Source: Escherichia coli (GTDB lineage: Bacteria > Pseudomonadota > Gammaproteobacteria > Enterobacterales > Enterobacteriaceae). Taken from it: a stretch of DNA of 64,000 nt. Made by a program: the position numbers and the translations under genes. The notes under the pieces were generated by a model. It was given only the letters and a program-made list of their open reading frames with translations. It was not told the origin of the DNA and did no database searches. Of this stretch, positions 10,243-22,496 are shown in pieces. Every line of letters begins with the position of its first letter. The stretch's first letter is position 1. Where the stretch lies: NCBI RefSeq assembly GCF_044324875.1, contig NZ_CP172185.1; one strand, written 5' to 3'.

Positions 10243-12672
10243 TCACGAATACTTTTTCGTCCGTCGCGTCGGTGCCGTGTTTGCCGGGTCGTCCGGCCAG
10301 ACGTGTTTGGGATAACGCCCTTTCATCTCCTTTTGCACCTCACGATACGCCCCTTTCCAGAAGGCCCCCAAATCACGCGTGATTTGCAGCGGCCTTTGGG
10401 CAGGGGAAAGCAACTCCAGCACCAGCGGCACGCGCCCCTGGGCGATCGTCGGATTGGTGGCCTCACCAAACATCTCCTGCATTCTCACCGCCAGCGCGGG
10501 CGGGTTATCTTCATGATAACGAATGGCGATCCGGCTTCCCGTCGGCACAGTGTAATGCGCAGGCAATTCACTATCCAGACGTTGCTGCATTCCCCAATCA
10601 AGTAATCCGCGTAGTGCCTGATAAATGTCGAGTGATTTCAGGCCGCGTAGTGAATGCACGCCGCTCATATGCGGCAGTAGCCACGTTTCCAGCGTCGCCA
10701 ACAAACTCTCATCATCAACCGCTGGCCAGTCATATTCCGGCAACCACTTTGCGGCGCATAACAAACGCAAGCGTAGCTGTTCCGCTTCCGCCGTCCAGTT
10801 GAGCACGCTTAAACCTTTATCACGAATGCCGTTAAGCATCGCCTGATGCAACTCGTCTTCCGAGGGTTTCGCCAGTGGCTGCACTTTCACCGTCAACTGA
10901 CCGATTTGCAGCCGACGCCAGGCTTTCAGCGTACCTTGCGCGTCATCCCACTCCACAGTGTCAGACTGCTGTACCAGCTGCGGGCAGCGTTGTACTAACT
11001 CATCAATATCGACCGGCAGCGCCAGTAAAATCCGCGCATCCGGCGAGGCGCTGCCCTGCAATAATAACGGTGCGATCAACCATTCGTGGCGGCTTAGCGC
11101 ATCGTCGGCATCGAGCATCGCCCCCATGCCGTTTGCCAGTTGATAGCGTCCATCTTGCCCACGGCGGCGAGCAATGCGATCGGCAAACGCCCCGGCAAGT
11201 AGCGGCGCGATAAGCGAACTGTCTGCCTCACCGCCGCGTACGTTTAAGCGTTTTAACAGTTGCTGACTACGTTGCTGCCAGGCTGGTTGATTGCGCGAAA
11301 ACGCCACGCCCAGGTCACTATTGCCCATCCGTGGCGGCTCTTCGAGAATGGCGGCAATTTTTGCCGCGGTAGCAGCTTCGTCGTCGCTCTTTGCGCTAAC
11401 CAGCATTGCCGCTAAACGCGGATCGTTACCCAGCGCTGCCATTTTTTGCCCCTGCGCACTAAGCCGTTCACCGTCCAGCGCCCCCAGCATCCGTAACAGG
11501 CGTTTCGCGGCCAGTAGATTCACCGTTGGCGGTTGATCCAGCCAGCTCATCTGCGCCGTATCGCTGCATCCCCATTGCAGTAATTCCATCAGCAAACCGG
11601 AAAGATCGCTTTGTAATATTTCCGGTTCACTTTGCGCCGCGGCGCGTTCGGCTTGTTCTTTGGCGATTAAATGCAGGCAGATACCCGGCTCCAGACGCCC
11701 GGCGCGCCCGGCACGCTGCGTCATGGATGCCTGGCTAACGCGTTGAGTAATCAGTCGCGTAAGCCCCGTGCGCGGATCAAAACGCGCCACACGCTCCTGG
11801 GCACAATCCACCACCAGACGAATACCTTCAATGGTTAAACTGGTTTCAGCAATATTGGTCGCCAGCACCACTTTGCGCATCCCTTGCGGTGCCGGGAGGA
11901 TCGCTTTTCGCTGATCGTTCAGCGACAACGCGCCATACAGCGGGCAGAGCAACACATCACTGCCGATGCGCGAAGCCAGTTGTTCCTGCACACGCTGAAT
12001 TTCTCCGACGCCAGGTAAAAATAACAGTAATGATCCGCTTTCCTGACGCAGTATTTCGGCGGTGGCTACCGCAACGGCTTCGTCAAAACGCTGATGCGCG
12101 GGCAGCGGTAAATAACGGCGTTCAACCGGAAACGAGCGCCCTTCTGAGATGACGACGGGCGCTCCTGGCAGCATTTGCTGCAAGCGGTCGTTGTCCAGCG
12201 TAGCCGACATAATCAGCAGTTTAAGGTCATCACGCAGACCTTGTTGCACATCGAGTAACAGCGCCAACGCCAAATCCGCCTGCAAGCTGCGCTCATGAAA
12301 CTCATCGAGGATCACCAATCCAACACCGCTCAGTTCAGGGTCACGCTGGATCATGCGCGTCAGCACGCCTTCGGTAACCACTTCCAGGCGGGTATTCGGC
12401 CCGACGCAGTTTTGCGCACGCATCCGGTAGCCAACGGTATCGCCTGGCTTTTCGTTAAGCAGCTCCGCCAGCCGTTGCGCAACGTTACGCGCCGCCAGAC
12501 GACGCGGCTCCAGGAGGATAATTTTCCCGTTAATGCCGGGATGCGCCAGCAGTTGCAGCGGCAGCCAGGTTGATTTCCCGGCCCCGGTCGGCGCACTTAA
12601 TAACACCTGCGGTGCACCATCGAGGGCAGCAAGTAACTCAGGTAAGACGGCAGCAACGGGCAACGACGACAC
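10243..12672 (-). CDS. hrpB: ATP-dependent RNA helicase HrpB (DEAH box)
   Basis: Walker A APTGAGKST, DEFH box; probable GTG start at VSSLPVAAV giving 809 aa; the ORF-track ATG lies further upstream. Confidence 0.92.
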   Translation of the reverse strand: MSSLPVAAVLPELLAALDGAPQVLLSAPTGAGKSTWLPLQLLAHPGINGKIILLEPRRLAARNVAQRLAELLNEKPGDTVGYRMRAQNCVGPNTRLEVVTEGVLTRMIQRDPELSGVGLVILDEFHERSLQADLALALLLDVQQGLRDDLKLLIMSATLDNDRLQQMLPGAPVVISEGRSFPVERRYLPLPAHQRFDEAVAVATAEILRQESGSLLLFLPGVGEIQRVQEQLASRIGSDVLLCPLYGALSLNDQRKAILPAPQGMRKVVLATNIAETSLTIEGIRLVVDCAQERVARFDPRTGLTRLITQRVSQASMTQRAGRAGRLEPGICLHLIAKEQAERAAAQSEPEILQSDLSGLLMELLQWGCSDTAQMSWLDQPPTVNLLAAKRLLRMLGALDGERLSAQGQKMAALGNDPRLAAMLVSAKSDDEAATAAKIAAILEEPPRMGNSDLGVAFSRNQPAWQQRSQQLLKRLNVRGGEADSSLIAPLLAGAFADRIARRRGQDGRYQLANGMGAMLDADDALSRHEWLIAPLLLQGSASPDARILLALPVDIDELVQRCPQLVQQSDTVEWDDAQGTLKAWRRLQIGQLTVKVQPLAKPSEDELHQAMLNGIRDKGLSVLNWTAEAEQLRLRLLCAAKWLPEYDWPAVDDESLLATLETWLLPHMSGVHSLRGLKSLDIYQALRGLLDWGMQQRLDSELPAHYTVPTGSRIAIRYHEDNPPALAVRMQEMFGEATNPTIAQGRVPLVLELLSPAQRPLQITRDLGAFWKGAYREVQKEMKGRYPKHVWPDDPANTAPTRRTKKYS

Positions 12673-12745
12673 AAAACGCTCCAGAGGGTTAACATTCTTC
12701 GCGCCACATTGTAGCATCGCGGTAATTCATAACCGAGTGCCTCAC

Positions 12746-13995
<1,250 letters not shown>

Positions 13996-14172
13996 TAGAG
14001 TAAGTAACTGGTTAATTTACATTCTGGTCGCGTGCGTAAATACGCTTTTCCTCACACAGTTGTCAAGTGTTACGTTTAGATAATTGCTATCCGGAAAAGC
14101 ATCTGCTATTTATAGCGGCCTCATTTTTCCCCCGAACATGGGGATCGATAGTGCGTGTTAAGGAGAAGCAAC

Positions 14173-14628
14173 ATGCAAGAAGGGCAAAACCGTAAAACAT
14201 CGTCCCTGAGTATTCTCGCCATCGCTGGGGTGGAACCATATCAGGAGAAGCCGGGCGAAGAGTATATGAATGAAGCCCAGCTGGCGCACTTCCGTCGTAT
14301 TCTGGAAGCATGGCGTAATCAACTCAGGGATGAAGTCGATCGCACCGTTACACATATGCAGGATGAAGCAGCCAACTTCCCGGACCCGGTAGACCGTGCA
14401 GCCCAGGAAGAAGAGTTCAGCCTCGAACTGCGTAACCGCGATCGCGAGCGTAAGCTGATCAAAAAGATCGAGAAAACGCTGAAAAAAGTGGAAGACGAAG
14501 ATTTCGGCTACTGCGAATCCTGCGGTGTTGAAATTGGTATTCGCCGTCTGGAAGCGCGCCCGACAGCCGATCTGTGCATCGACTGCAAAACGCTGGCTGA
14601 AATTCGCGAAAAACAGATGGCTGGCTAA
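14173..14628 (+). CDS. dksA: RNA polymerase-binding transcription factor DksA
   Basis: Start at [10 protein letters not shown] (151 aa); C4 zinc finger CESCGVEI...CIDCK; acidic coiled-coil tip. Confidence 0.96.
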   Translation: MQEGQNRKTSSLSILAIAGVEPYQEKPGEEYMNEAQLAHFRRILEAWRNQLRDEVDRTVTHMQDEAANFPDPVDRAAQEEEFSLELRNRDRERKLIKKIEKTLKKVEDEDFGYCESCGVEIGIRRLEARPTADLCIDCKTLAEIREKQMAG

Positions 14629-14655
14629 TTACAGCCGTTCCATCACGTTTACCAC

Positions 14656-14684
14656 AGGCGGGAAATGCTCCCGCCTTATTTTTT
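14656..14684 (+). terminator. dksA intrinsic terminator
   Basis: aggcggga-aatgc-tcccgcct hairpin followed by tatttttt; sits over the first in-frame ATG of the gluQ ORF. Confidence 0.8.
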
Positions 14685-14694
14685 GTTCAAAGAG

Positions 14695-15591
14695 ATGACA
14701 GACACACACTATATTGGCCGCTTTGCCCCCTCTCCTTCCGGCGAGCTTCATTTTGGCTCTCTGATTGCCGCGCTTGGCAGCTATTTACAGGCTCGCGCTA
14801 GGCAAGGTCGCTGGCTAGTACGCATTGAAGATATCGACCCGCCTCGTGAAGTTCCCGGTGCCGCAGAGACTATCCTGCGCCAGCTGGAACATTACGGTCT
14901 GCACTGGGACGGCGACGTTCTCTGGCAATCGCAACGTCACGACGCCTATCGCGAAGCACTCGCCTGGTTACATGAGCAAGGACTAAGTTATTACTGCACC
15001 TGCACGCGCGCGCGTATTCAAAGCATTGGCGGTATTTACGACGGCCATTGCCGGGAATTGCATCATGGACCAGACAACGCCGCAGTACGTATCCGCCAGC
15101 AGCATCCGGTCACCCAGTTTACTGACCTGCTGCGAGGCATTATTCACGCCGACGAAAAACTGGCACGGGAAGATTTTATTATTCATCGCCGTGATGGTTT
15201 GTTTGCCTATAACCTGGCGGTGGTGGTGGATGATCACTTCCAGGGCGTGAGCGAAATTGTCCGCGGGGCAGATTTGATCGAACCGACAGTGCGGCAAATC
15301 TCGCTGTACCAGCTTTTTGGCTGGCAAGTGCCAGATTACATTCATCTTCCGCTGGCGCTTAATCCACAAGGCGCTAAACTTTCCAAGCAGAATCATGCGC
15401 CTGCGTTGCCAAAAGGCGATCCACGCCCGGTACTAATCGCGGCACTTCAATTTCTGGGGCAGCAGGCAGAAGCACACTGGCAGGATTTCAGCGTCGAGCA
15501 AATCCTTCAGTTAGCCATCAAAAACTGGCGGCTTACCGCCGTGCCTGAGTCGGCAATTGTAAATTCAACATTCTCAAATGCGTCATGCTGA
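14695..15591 (+). CDS. gluQ: glutamyl-Q tRNA(Asp) synthetase
   Basis: GluRS-like catalytic domain (class I HIGH-type motif in [13 protein letters not shown]); start chosen at [10 protein letters not shown] because the upstream ATG at 14665 lies in the terminator loop. Confidence 0.85.
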   Translation: MTDTHYIGRFAPSPSGELHFGSLIAALGSYLQARARQGRWLVRIEDIDPPREVPGAAETILRQLEHYGLHWDGDVLWQSQRHDAYREALAWLHEQGLSYYCTCTRARIQSIGGIYDGHCRELHHGPDNAAVRIRQQHPVTQFTDLLRGIIHADEKLAREDFIIHRRDGLFAYNLAVVVDDHFQGVSEIVRGADLIEPTVRQISLYQLFGWQVPDYIHLPLALNPQGAKLSKQNHAPALPKGDPRPVLIAALQFLGQQAEAHWQDFSVEQILQLAIKNWRLTAVPESAIVNSTFSNASC

Positions 15592-15650
15592 GCTATGATT
15601 AGCCGCTATTTTTTTGTCCTGAATGATGTTTGACACTACCGAGGTGTACT

Positions 15651-17048
15651 ATTTTTACCCGAGTCGCTAATTTTTGCCGCAAGGTGCTAAGCCGCGAGGA
15701 AAGCGAGGCTGAACAGGCAGTCGCCCGTCCACAGGTGACGGTGATCCCGCGTGAGCAGCATGCTATTTCCCGCAAAGATATCAGTGAAAATGCCCTGAAG
15801 GTAATGTACAGGCTCAATAAAGCGGGATACGAAGCCTGGCTGGTTGGCGGCGGCGTGCGCGACCTGTTACTTGGCAAAAAGCCGAAAGATTTTGACGTAA
15901 CCACTAACGCCACGCCTGAGCAGGTGCGCAAACTGTTCCGTAACTGCCGCCTGGTGGGTCGCCGTTTCCGTCTGGCTCATGTGATGTTTGGCCCGGAGAT
16001 TATCGAAGTTGCGACCTTCCGTGGACACCACGAAGGTAACATCAGCGACCGCACGACCTCCCAACGCGGGCAAAACGGCATGTTGCTGCGCGACAACATT
16101 TTCGGCTCCATCGAAGAAGACGCCCAGCGCCGCGATTTCACTATCAACAGCCTGTATTACAGCGTGGCAGATTTTACCGTCCGTGATTACGTTGGCGGCA
16201 TGAAGGATCTGAAAGACGGCGTTATCCGTCTGATTGGTAACCCGGAAACGCGCTACCGTGAAGATCCGGTACGGATGCTGCGCGCGGTACGTTTTGCCGC
16301 CAAATTGGGTATGCGTATCAGTCCTGAAACCGCAGAACCGATCCCTCGCCTGGCTACCCTGCTGAACGATATTCCACCGGCACGTCTGTTTGAAGAATCT
16401 TTGAAACTGCTACAAGCGGGCTACGGTTACGAAACCTATAAGCTGCTGTGTGAATATCATCTGTTCCAGCCGCTGTTCCCGACCATTACCCGCTACTTCA
16501 CGGAAAATGGCGACAGCCCGATGGAGCGGATCATTGAACAGGTGCTGAAGAATACCGATACGCGTATCCATAACGATATGCGCGTGAACCCGGCGTTCCT
16601 GTTTGCCGCCATGTTCTGGTACCCACTGCTGGAGACGGCACAGAAGATCGCCCAGGAAAGCGGCCTGACCTATCACGACGCTTTCGCGCTGGCGATGAAC
16701 GACGTGCTGGACGAAGCCTGCCGTTCTCTGGCGATCCCGAAACGTCTGACGACGTTAACCCGCGATATCTGGCAGTTGCAGTTGCGTATGTCCCGACGTC
16801 AGGGTAAACGCGCCTGGAAACTGCTGGAGCATCCTAAGTTCCGTGCGGCTTATGACCTGTTGGCCTTGCGAGCTGAAGTTGAACGTAACGCTGAACTGCA
16901 GCGTCTTGTGAAATGGTGGGGGGAGTTCCAGGTTTCCGCGCCACCAGATCAAAAAGGGATGCTCAACGAGCTGGATGAAGAGCCGTCACCGCGTCGCCGT
17001 TCTCGTCGTCCACGCAAACGCGCACCGCGTCGTGAGGGTACCGCATGA
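15651..17048 (+). CDS. pcnB: poly(A) polymerase I
   Basis: Nucleotidyltransferase GGGVRD...DFD motifs; known non-canonical AUU start at IFTRVANF (465 aa); 4-bp overlap with folK. Confidence 0.9.
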   Translation: MFTRVANFCRKVLSREESEAEQAVARPQVTVIPREQHAISRKDISENALKVMYRLNKAGYEAWLVGGGVRDLLLGKKPKDFDVTTNATPEQVRKLFRNCRLVGRRFRLAHVMFGPEIIEVATFRGHHEGNISDRTTSQRGQNGMLLRDNIFGSIEEDAQRRDFTINSLYYSVADFTVRDYVGGMKDLKDGVIRLIGNPETRYREDPVRMLRAVRFAAKLGMRISPETAEPIPRLATLLNDIPPARLFEESLKLLQAGYGYETYKLLCEYHLFQPLFPTITRYFTENGDSPMERIIEQVLKNTDTRIHNDMRVNPAFLFAAMFWYPLLETAQKIAQESGLTYHDAFALAMNDVLDEACRSLAIPKRLTTLTRDIWQLQLRMSRRQGKRAWKLLEHPKFRAAYDLLALRAEVERNAELQRLVKWWGEFQVSAPPDQKGMLNELDEEPSPRRRSRRPRKRAPRREGTA

Positions 17049-17524
17049 CAGTGGCGTATATTGCCATAGGCAGCAATCTGGCCTCTCCGCTGGAGCAGGT
17101 CAATGCTGCCCTGAAAGCATTAGGCGATATCCCTGAAAGCCACATTCTTGCCGTTTCTTCGTTTTACCGCACCCCACCGCTGGGGCCGCAAGATCAACCC
17201 GATTACTTAAACGCAGCCGTGGCGCTGGAAACCTCTCTTGCACCTGAAGAGTTACTCAACCACACACAACGTATTGAGTTACAACAAGGTCGCGTCCGTA
17301 AAGCGGAACGCTGGGGGCCGCGCACACTGGATCTCGACATCATGCTATTTGGTAATGAAGTAATAAATACCGAACGCCTGACCGTTCCGCACTACGATAT
17401 GAAGAATCGTGGATTTATGCTGTGGCCGCTGTTTGAAATTGCGCCGGAGCTGGTGTTTCCTGATGGAACAGCATTAGGAAATTTATTAAAAATAAATAAA
17501 TTTCATGAATTAAACAAATGGTGA
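17045..17524 (+). CDS. folK: 2-amino-4-hydroxy-6-hydroxymethyldihydropteridine pyrophosphokinase
   Basis: 159-aa [15 protein letters not shown] matching recalled HPPK. Confidence 0.95.
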   Translation: MTVAYIAIGSNLASPLEQVNAALKALGDIPESHILAVSSFYRTPPLGPQDQPDYLNAAVALETSLAPEELLNHTQRIELQQGRVRKAERWGPRTLDLDIMLFGNEVINTERLTVPHYDMKNRGFMLWPLFEIAPELVFPDGTALGNLLKINKFHELNKW

Positions 17525-17872
17525 TTTAATGATTTCATGAATATAAATAAATTCCGAAAAATAGCCTTACCCCATTGCAATTAATATATTCCCTAAGCTA
17601 CAACCATAATTAATATTATATACCCCGTTAACACCTTCCGCCTCACATACAATATTTTTCCCGCTTTGTACATTAAGTTTTACTTAAAGATGAATTAAGT
17701 GGATATATAAATTTAAATATGCACAATATCCCACTTGGTGATGAACAGATGTTACATTCAGTAAATCTTCACATTCATCATTAACAAACCAATCTATTTT
17801 TCTCTATCGGGGTTCTTTGTCTGAAAGCACCCGATTGTAGTTAAACTCATGGAATATAATTCAAGGATTATT
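17525..17872 (+). promoter_or_regulatory. AT-rich leader upstream of the yad fimbrial operon
   Basis: About 350 bp of strongly AT-rich non-coding sequence before the first fimbrial gene; typical of silenced chaperone-usher promoters. Confidence 0.4.
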
Positions 17873-18445
17873 ATGTCTAAAAAATTAGGTTTTGCCCTGT
17901 CTGGTCTTATGCTGGCAATGGTTGCAGGTACTGCTTCTGCTGATATGGACGGTGGTCAGATTAACATCAGTGGCTTGGTTAGCGATAACACCTGTGAAAC
18001 AAAAGTTGATGGCGGCAAGCAAGATGGCCTGGTTCTTCTGCAAACTGCAACGGTTGCTGAAATTACCGCTGGTGTATCTGAAACTGCTGTCGGTGCCAAA
18101 GCGAAACCGTTTAGCATTACTGTAGACTGCAGCAAAGCGACTCCGGGAGGCCAACCGACTCTGACATTCGGTTCAGTTTTCTTTGGTAACAGTCGTGGCA
18201 CTTTGAATAACGATATGTCCATCACCACCCCGTCATCTGGTGTGAATATCGCCCTGCACAACATTGACGGCACCACTGTTAAACAAGTCAAAATTAATAA
18301 TGCATCTGATGCTTACACTAAAGCATTAACCAATAATGTTGCAGTCTTTGACTTCAAAGCCTCCTATGTTCGTGAAGACGACTCAACACCAGCAACGGCT
18401 GGTTATGTAAGAACCAACACAGCTTACACCATCACCTACAATTAA
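17873..18445 (+). CDS. yadN: fimbrial major subunit-like protein
   Basis: Signal peptide [23 protein letters not shown], about 190 aa, conserved C-terminal beta-strand (YTITYN); AAGGA Shine-Dalgarno 7 nt upstream. Confidence 0.8.
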   Translation: MSKKLGFALSGLMLAMVAGTASADMDGGQINISGLVSDNTCETKVDGGKQDGLVLLQTATVAEITAGVSETAVGAKAKPFSITVDCSKATPGGQPTLTFGSVFFGNSRGTLNNDMSITTPSSGVNIALHNIDGTTVKQVKINNASDAYTKALTNNVAVFDFKASYVREDDSTPATAGYVRTNTAYTITYN

Positions 18446-18537
18446 GTTATTCGTTGGTGATTTAAATTACTACAAGGGTGCGACACCTATTGTCGCCCCC
18501 TTGTCTTGAAAACAATTCATGTCATGGATGGTATATT

Positions 18538-19269
18538 TTGTTAAATAAAAAGAATATTGTCGCATTATGTGTTGCCAGTAGTATGGCATTTAGTATGCCT
18601 GTTATGGCTGATATTGTTATTTCCGGTACACGCGTCATTTATAAAAGTGATCAAAAAAGCGTTAGCGTACGCCTGGAGAATAAAGGCAATAGCCATCTGT
18701 TAGTACAAAGCTGGCTGGATACCGGTGACGATAACGCTGAGCCGGGAAGCATTAATGTACCATTTACGGCAACACCTCCCGTTTCACGTATTGATGCTAA
18801 ACGCGGTCAAACCATCAAATTGATGTATACCGGCAGCACCGTACTCCCCAGCGACAAAGAAAGCGTATTCTGGTTTAACGTGCTGGAAGTGCCCCCAAAA
18901 CCAGATGCTTCAAAAGTAGAGAATCAGAGCCTGTTACAACTGGCTTTCCGTACCCGTATCAAGCTGTTCTATCGTCCGGCAGGATTAAACGGTAACCCGT
19001 CTGAAGCACCATTAGCCCTGAAATGGAAATGGGCTGAAGGGAAGTCTGGCCTGAGTGTATATAACCCAACACCTTATTACGTCTCTTTCAACAGTGCAGA
19101 GTTAATCGCTGGCGGTAAGTCGAACCCGCTCAATGTAAAAATGGTTGCACCGAAAAGCGAAGAGATTTTCACCATAAGCGGTTCAGGCGGGAAAGCAACG
19201 TCAGGAAAGGTACATTTCTCCGCGATTAATGATTTTGGCGGCGCAATTGAAGGCGATGTCAATTTGTAA
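18538..19269 (+). CDS. ecpD: periplasmic fimbrial chaperone (PapD-like)
   Basis: PapD-family sequence (DIVISGTRVIYKSDQKSVSVRLENKG...); start uncertain, placed at TTG before the signal peptide LNKKNIVALCVASSMAFSMPVMA. Confidence 0.8.
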   Translation: MLNKKNIVALCVASSMAFSMPVMADIVISGTRVIYKSDQKSVSVRLENKGNSHLLVQSWLDTGDDNAEPGSINVPFTATPPVSRIDAKRGQTIKLMYTGSTVLPSDKESVFWFNVLEVPPKPDASKVENQSLLQLAFRTRIKLFYRPAGLNGNPSEAPLALKWKWAEGKSGLSVYNPTPYYVSFNSAELIAGGKSNPLNVKMVAPKSEEIFTISGSGGKATSGKVHFSAINDFGGAIEGDVNL

Positions 19270-19303
19270 GACCAGGGACCTTATGCAGCAGGAAGCCAAT
19301 GTA

Positions 19304-21904
19304 ATGAAAACAAAGACATCGACTAAACGCCATAATCTTACGCGTATCGCAATGTATTGCTCAATCATGTATAGCGGCGCTACCATCGGAGCCGAAAGTG
19401 TTGAGTATGACCCTACCTTTTTAATGGGTGGCAACGCTTCCAGTATTGATGTTAGCCGCTATAGCGATGGCAACCCGACTTTGCCTGGTGTTTACGATGT
19501 TAGCATCTATGTTAACGAGCAACCTGTTGCTAACCTGGAGATCCCCTTTATCGCGATCCCCGATAAAAAGAATGCTCAAGCCTGTATTACCCTGAAAAAT
19601 CTACTACAACTGCATATCAAGACACCCCCGGCAGACGAGGAAAATACTATCCTTCTTCCACGGGATGAAACGCTTGGCAACTGTCTTGACCTGTCGTTAG
19701 CCATACCTAAATCCTCAGTGAACTATGACCCCTCTGAACAACGTCTGGATATCAATGTTCCCCAGGCATGGGTGATGAAGAATTATCAAAACTATGTGGA
19801 CCCATCACTTTGGGAAAATGGCATTAACGCGGCTACGCTGTCTTATAACATCAACGCTTATCGCAGTGAAAATTCAAATTATACAAATGATAGCGTTTAT
19901 ACATCGTTCAATGGTGGCGTCAATTTAGGGGCCTGGCGTCTGCGTAGCAGCGGTAACTATAGCTGGAGAAACGACGCGGGAAGCAATGTTGAGTTTATGA
20001 ATCGCTACGTCCAGCGCGACATTACCGCTATCCGCTCGCAGCTCATTATGGGGGAATCCTACACCACAGGTGAAACGTTCGACTCCGTTAGTATCCGCGG
20101 CATTCGCTTATACAGCGACAGCCGAATGCTGCCGCCTGTATTGGCAAACTTCGCCCCGACAATTCGTGGTGTAGCAAATACTAACGCCAAAGTCAGCATC
20201 ACCCAGAGTGGATACAAAATTTATGAAACCACTGTTCCACCGGGACCTTTTGTCATTGATGATCTCAGCCCGTCAGGGTATGGCAGCGATCTTATCGTAA
20301 CCATTGAAGAAGCTGATGGCAGCAAGCGTACATTTTCTCAGCCATTTTCTTCAGTAATTCAAATGCTGCGCCCGGGTGTTTCTCGCTGGGATATCAGCGG
20401 CGGGCAAATTAATAAAGACGACTTGCATCATGAACCAAACTTACTACAAGCGACCTATTACCGTGGTTTAAGTAACCTGTTCACTGGCTATACTGGTTTT
20501 CAGGTCACAGATAATCATTATGCTGCAGGTTTACTTGGCATTGGGATGAATACTTCAGTCGGCGCAATTTCCTTCGATGTCACCCACTCCAGTGTCGATA
20601 TACCGGATGATAAAAGGTACCAGGGGCAAAGCTATCGCATCTCCTGGAACAAATTTTTTGACCTGACAGATACATCATTAAACATCGCGGCTTACCGCTA
20701 CTCCACGCAGGACTATCTGGGCCTGAATGATGCATTAACACTTATTGATGAAGTTGAACATCCCACTCAGGATCTTGATCCCAAAACTATGCGCAACTAC
20801 GGGCGCATGAAAAACCAGTTCACCGTAAGCATTAACCAACCGCTACGCTTTGGGAAGGATGATTATGGCTCGTTCTATACCTCTGGAAGCTGGTCTGATT
20901 ACTGGGGGGGCAGTAAGAGCCGTAGCAACTATTCGGTCGGCTACAGTAACAGCGCTTCATGGGGAAGCTACAGTATCAGCGCTCAACGATCCTGGGATGA
21001 GTACAGCCAAACAGAAAACAGTATTTACCTCAGCTTTTCGATACCTATCGAAAAGCTGATGGGTACGGAGCACCGTGATTCCGGTTTCCAAAGTATTGAT
21101 ACACAACTTAGTACCAATATGGATGGTAATAATCAGTTCAACATGAGCAGTAGCGGTTATAGCAACGATAACCGCGTGAGCTATAGCGTGAACGCGGGTT
21201 ATGGGATGAATAAAACCGGCAAAGATCTCAGCAACATCGGGGGTTATGCCAGCTATGAATCGCCATGGGGAACGCTAGCTGGGTCAGTCTCTGCTACCAG
21301 CGATAATAACCGCCAGTACTCCGTTAATACAGATGGTGGATTTGTGTTGCACAGCGGAGGACTGACGTTCAGCAACGACAGTTTCAGTGATAATGACACC
21401 ATTGCTTTGGTTAAAGCACCGGGTGCAAAAGGGGCGCGTATTAACTACGGCAACAATACCGTTGACCGTTGGGGATATGGCGTAACCAGTGCTCTTTCAC
21501 CATACCAGGAAAACAAAATTGCTCTGGACACTGAAAACCTGGAAAACGACATCGAAATGAAGAGCACCAGTACGGTTGCCGTACCACGCCAGGGCTCGGT
21601 TATCTTTGCTGGTTTTGAAACCAATCAGGGACAATCTGCGATTATGAATATCAAACGCAGTGACGGAAAAGGTATCCCCTTCGCCGCCGATATTCATGAT
21701 GAAACAAATGCAATCATTGGCAACGTTGGGCAGGGCGGGCAGGCATTTGTTCGCGGTATTCAGCAGCAGGGCACGATAAAAATCACCTGGCTGGAAGCCA
21801 GCATGCCCAAAACCTGTATTGCGCAGTACCAGCAACCCAATGTGACATCGGAGAAAATCCAGCAAACGATTATTCTCAATAATATTCTTTGCCAGCTCCA
21901 ATAA
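19304..21904 (+). CDS. htrE: fimbrial outer-membrane usher
   Basis: 866 aa from MKTKTSTKRHNLTRIAMY with AGGAAG Shine-Dalgarno; usher family size and sequence. Confidence 0.88.
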   Translation: MKTKTSTKRHNLTRIAMYCSIMYSGATIGAESVEYDPTFLMGGNASSIDVSRYSDGNPTLPGVYDVSIYVNEQPVANLEIPFIAIPDKKNAQACITLKNLLQLHIKTPPADEENTILLPRDETLGNCLDLSLAIPKSSVNYDPSEQRLDINVPQAWVMKNYQNYVDPSLWENGINAATLSYNINAYRSENSNYTNDSVYTSFNGGVNLGAWRLRSSGNYSWRNDAGSNVEFMNRYVQRDITAIRSQLIMGESYTTGETFDSVSIRGIRLYSDSRMLPPVLANFAPTIRGVANTNAKVSITQSGYKIYETTVPPGPFVIDDLSPSGYGSDLIVTIEEADGSKRTFSQPFSSVIQMLRPGVSRWDISGGQINKDDLHHEPNLLQATYYRGLSNLFTGYTGFQVTDNHYAAGLLGIGMNTSVGAISFDVTHSSVDIPDDKRYQGQSYRISWNKFFDLTDTSLNIAAYRYSTQDYLGLNDALTLIDEVEHPTQDLDPKTMRNYGRMKNQFTVSINQPLRFGKDDYGSFYTSGSWSDYWGGSKSRSNYSVGYSNSASWGSYSISAQRSWDEYSQTENSIYLSFSIPIEKLMGTEHRDSGFQSIDTQLSTNMDGNNQFNMSSSGYSNDNRVSYSVNAGYGMNKTGKDLSNIGGYASYESPWGTLAGSVSATSDNNRQYSVNTDGGFVLHSGGLTFSNDSFSDNDTIALVKAPGAKGARINYGNNTVDRWGYGVTSALSPYQENKIALDTENLENDIEMKSTSTVAVPRQGSVIFAGFETNQGQSAIMNIKRSDGKGIPFAADIHDETNAIIGNVGQGGQAFVRGIQQQGTIKITWLEASMPKTCIAQYQQPNVTSEKIQQTIILNNILCQLQ

Positions 21905-21916
21905 TACGAAAGAGAG

Positions 21917-22483
21917 ATGACAATGATAAAAAACACACGGTATAAAATAGTACTCCTGGCAGGCATTTTTTTACTGCCCGGCGCACTGGCACAAGATATT
22001 AATGTTGATTTTGTTGCCACAATCAAAGGCACGACATGTAATATCACTCTGGAAGGGACACGCGTCACCGCTGATGGCAATAATCAGTACACGCTACGGA
22101 TATTAAATGTTGCTCTGGATAAAATCATAAACAAGATGCCAGAAGCACAAGCCGACTTTAAACTGGTCGCTAATTGTGATGGTAACATAGGCAAGATTAC
22201 GACATCGCTGGCAGGGAATCCTTCAGTAGAGTTACCCTATTTAATTTCTCCATTAACTTCAGATAATTCATCCACCACAGAATATATTGCTATGGGGATT
22301 AAACTTCGAAATGCCTCTGACACTGAATTTATTCCCCCAGATGGTTCTAAAAATATTTCCTGGGGAGAGGGATTAACAAAACCGGAACTTGAGATGACGG
22401 TAGCACTTCGCGAAACCCGACCAGGTTCAGGAAGAGCAGGTAGTTTTAAAGCACTTGCGACATTCAATTTCACCTACGAATAA
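21917..22483 (+). CDS. yadM: fimbrial minor subunit-like protein
   Basis: 188 aa with signal peptide, directly downstream of the usher. Confidence 0.65.
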   Translation: MTMIKNTRYKIVLLAGIFLLPGALAQDINVDFVATIKGTTCNITLEGTRVTADGNNQYTLRILNVALDKIINKMPEAQADFKLVANCDGNIGKITTSLAGNPSVELPYLISPLTSDNSSTTEYIAMGIKLRNASDTEFIPPDGSKNISWGEGLTKPELEMTVALRETRPGSGRAGSFKALATFNFTYE

Positions 22484-22496
22484 AAGGATAATAATA

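Noticed and set aside
12533-12745. N-terminal extensions offered by the ORF track for thpR, fhuC, hpt, cueO, acnB, lpd, pdhR, ampE, nadC, gcd, dksA and yacC
   Set aside because: They overlap upstream genes or terminators and lack ribosome-binding sites; the internal starts match the known protein N-termini
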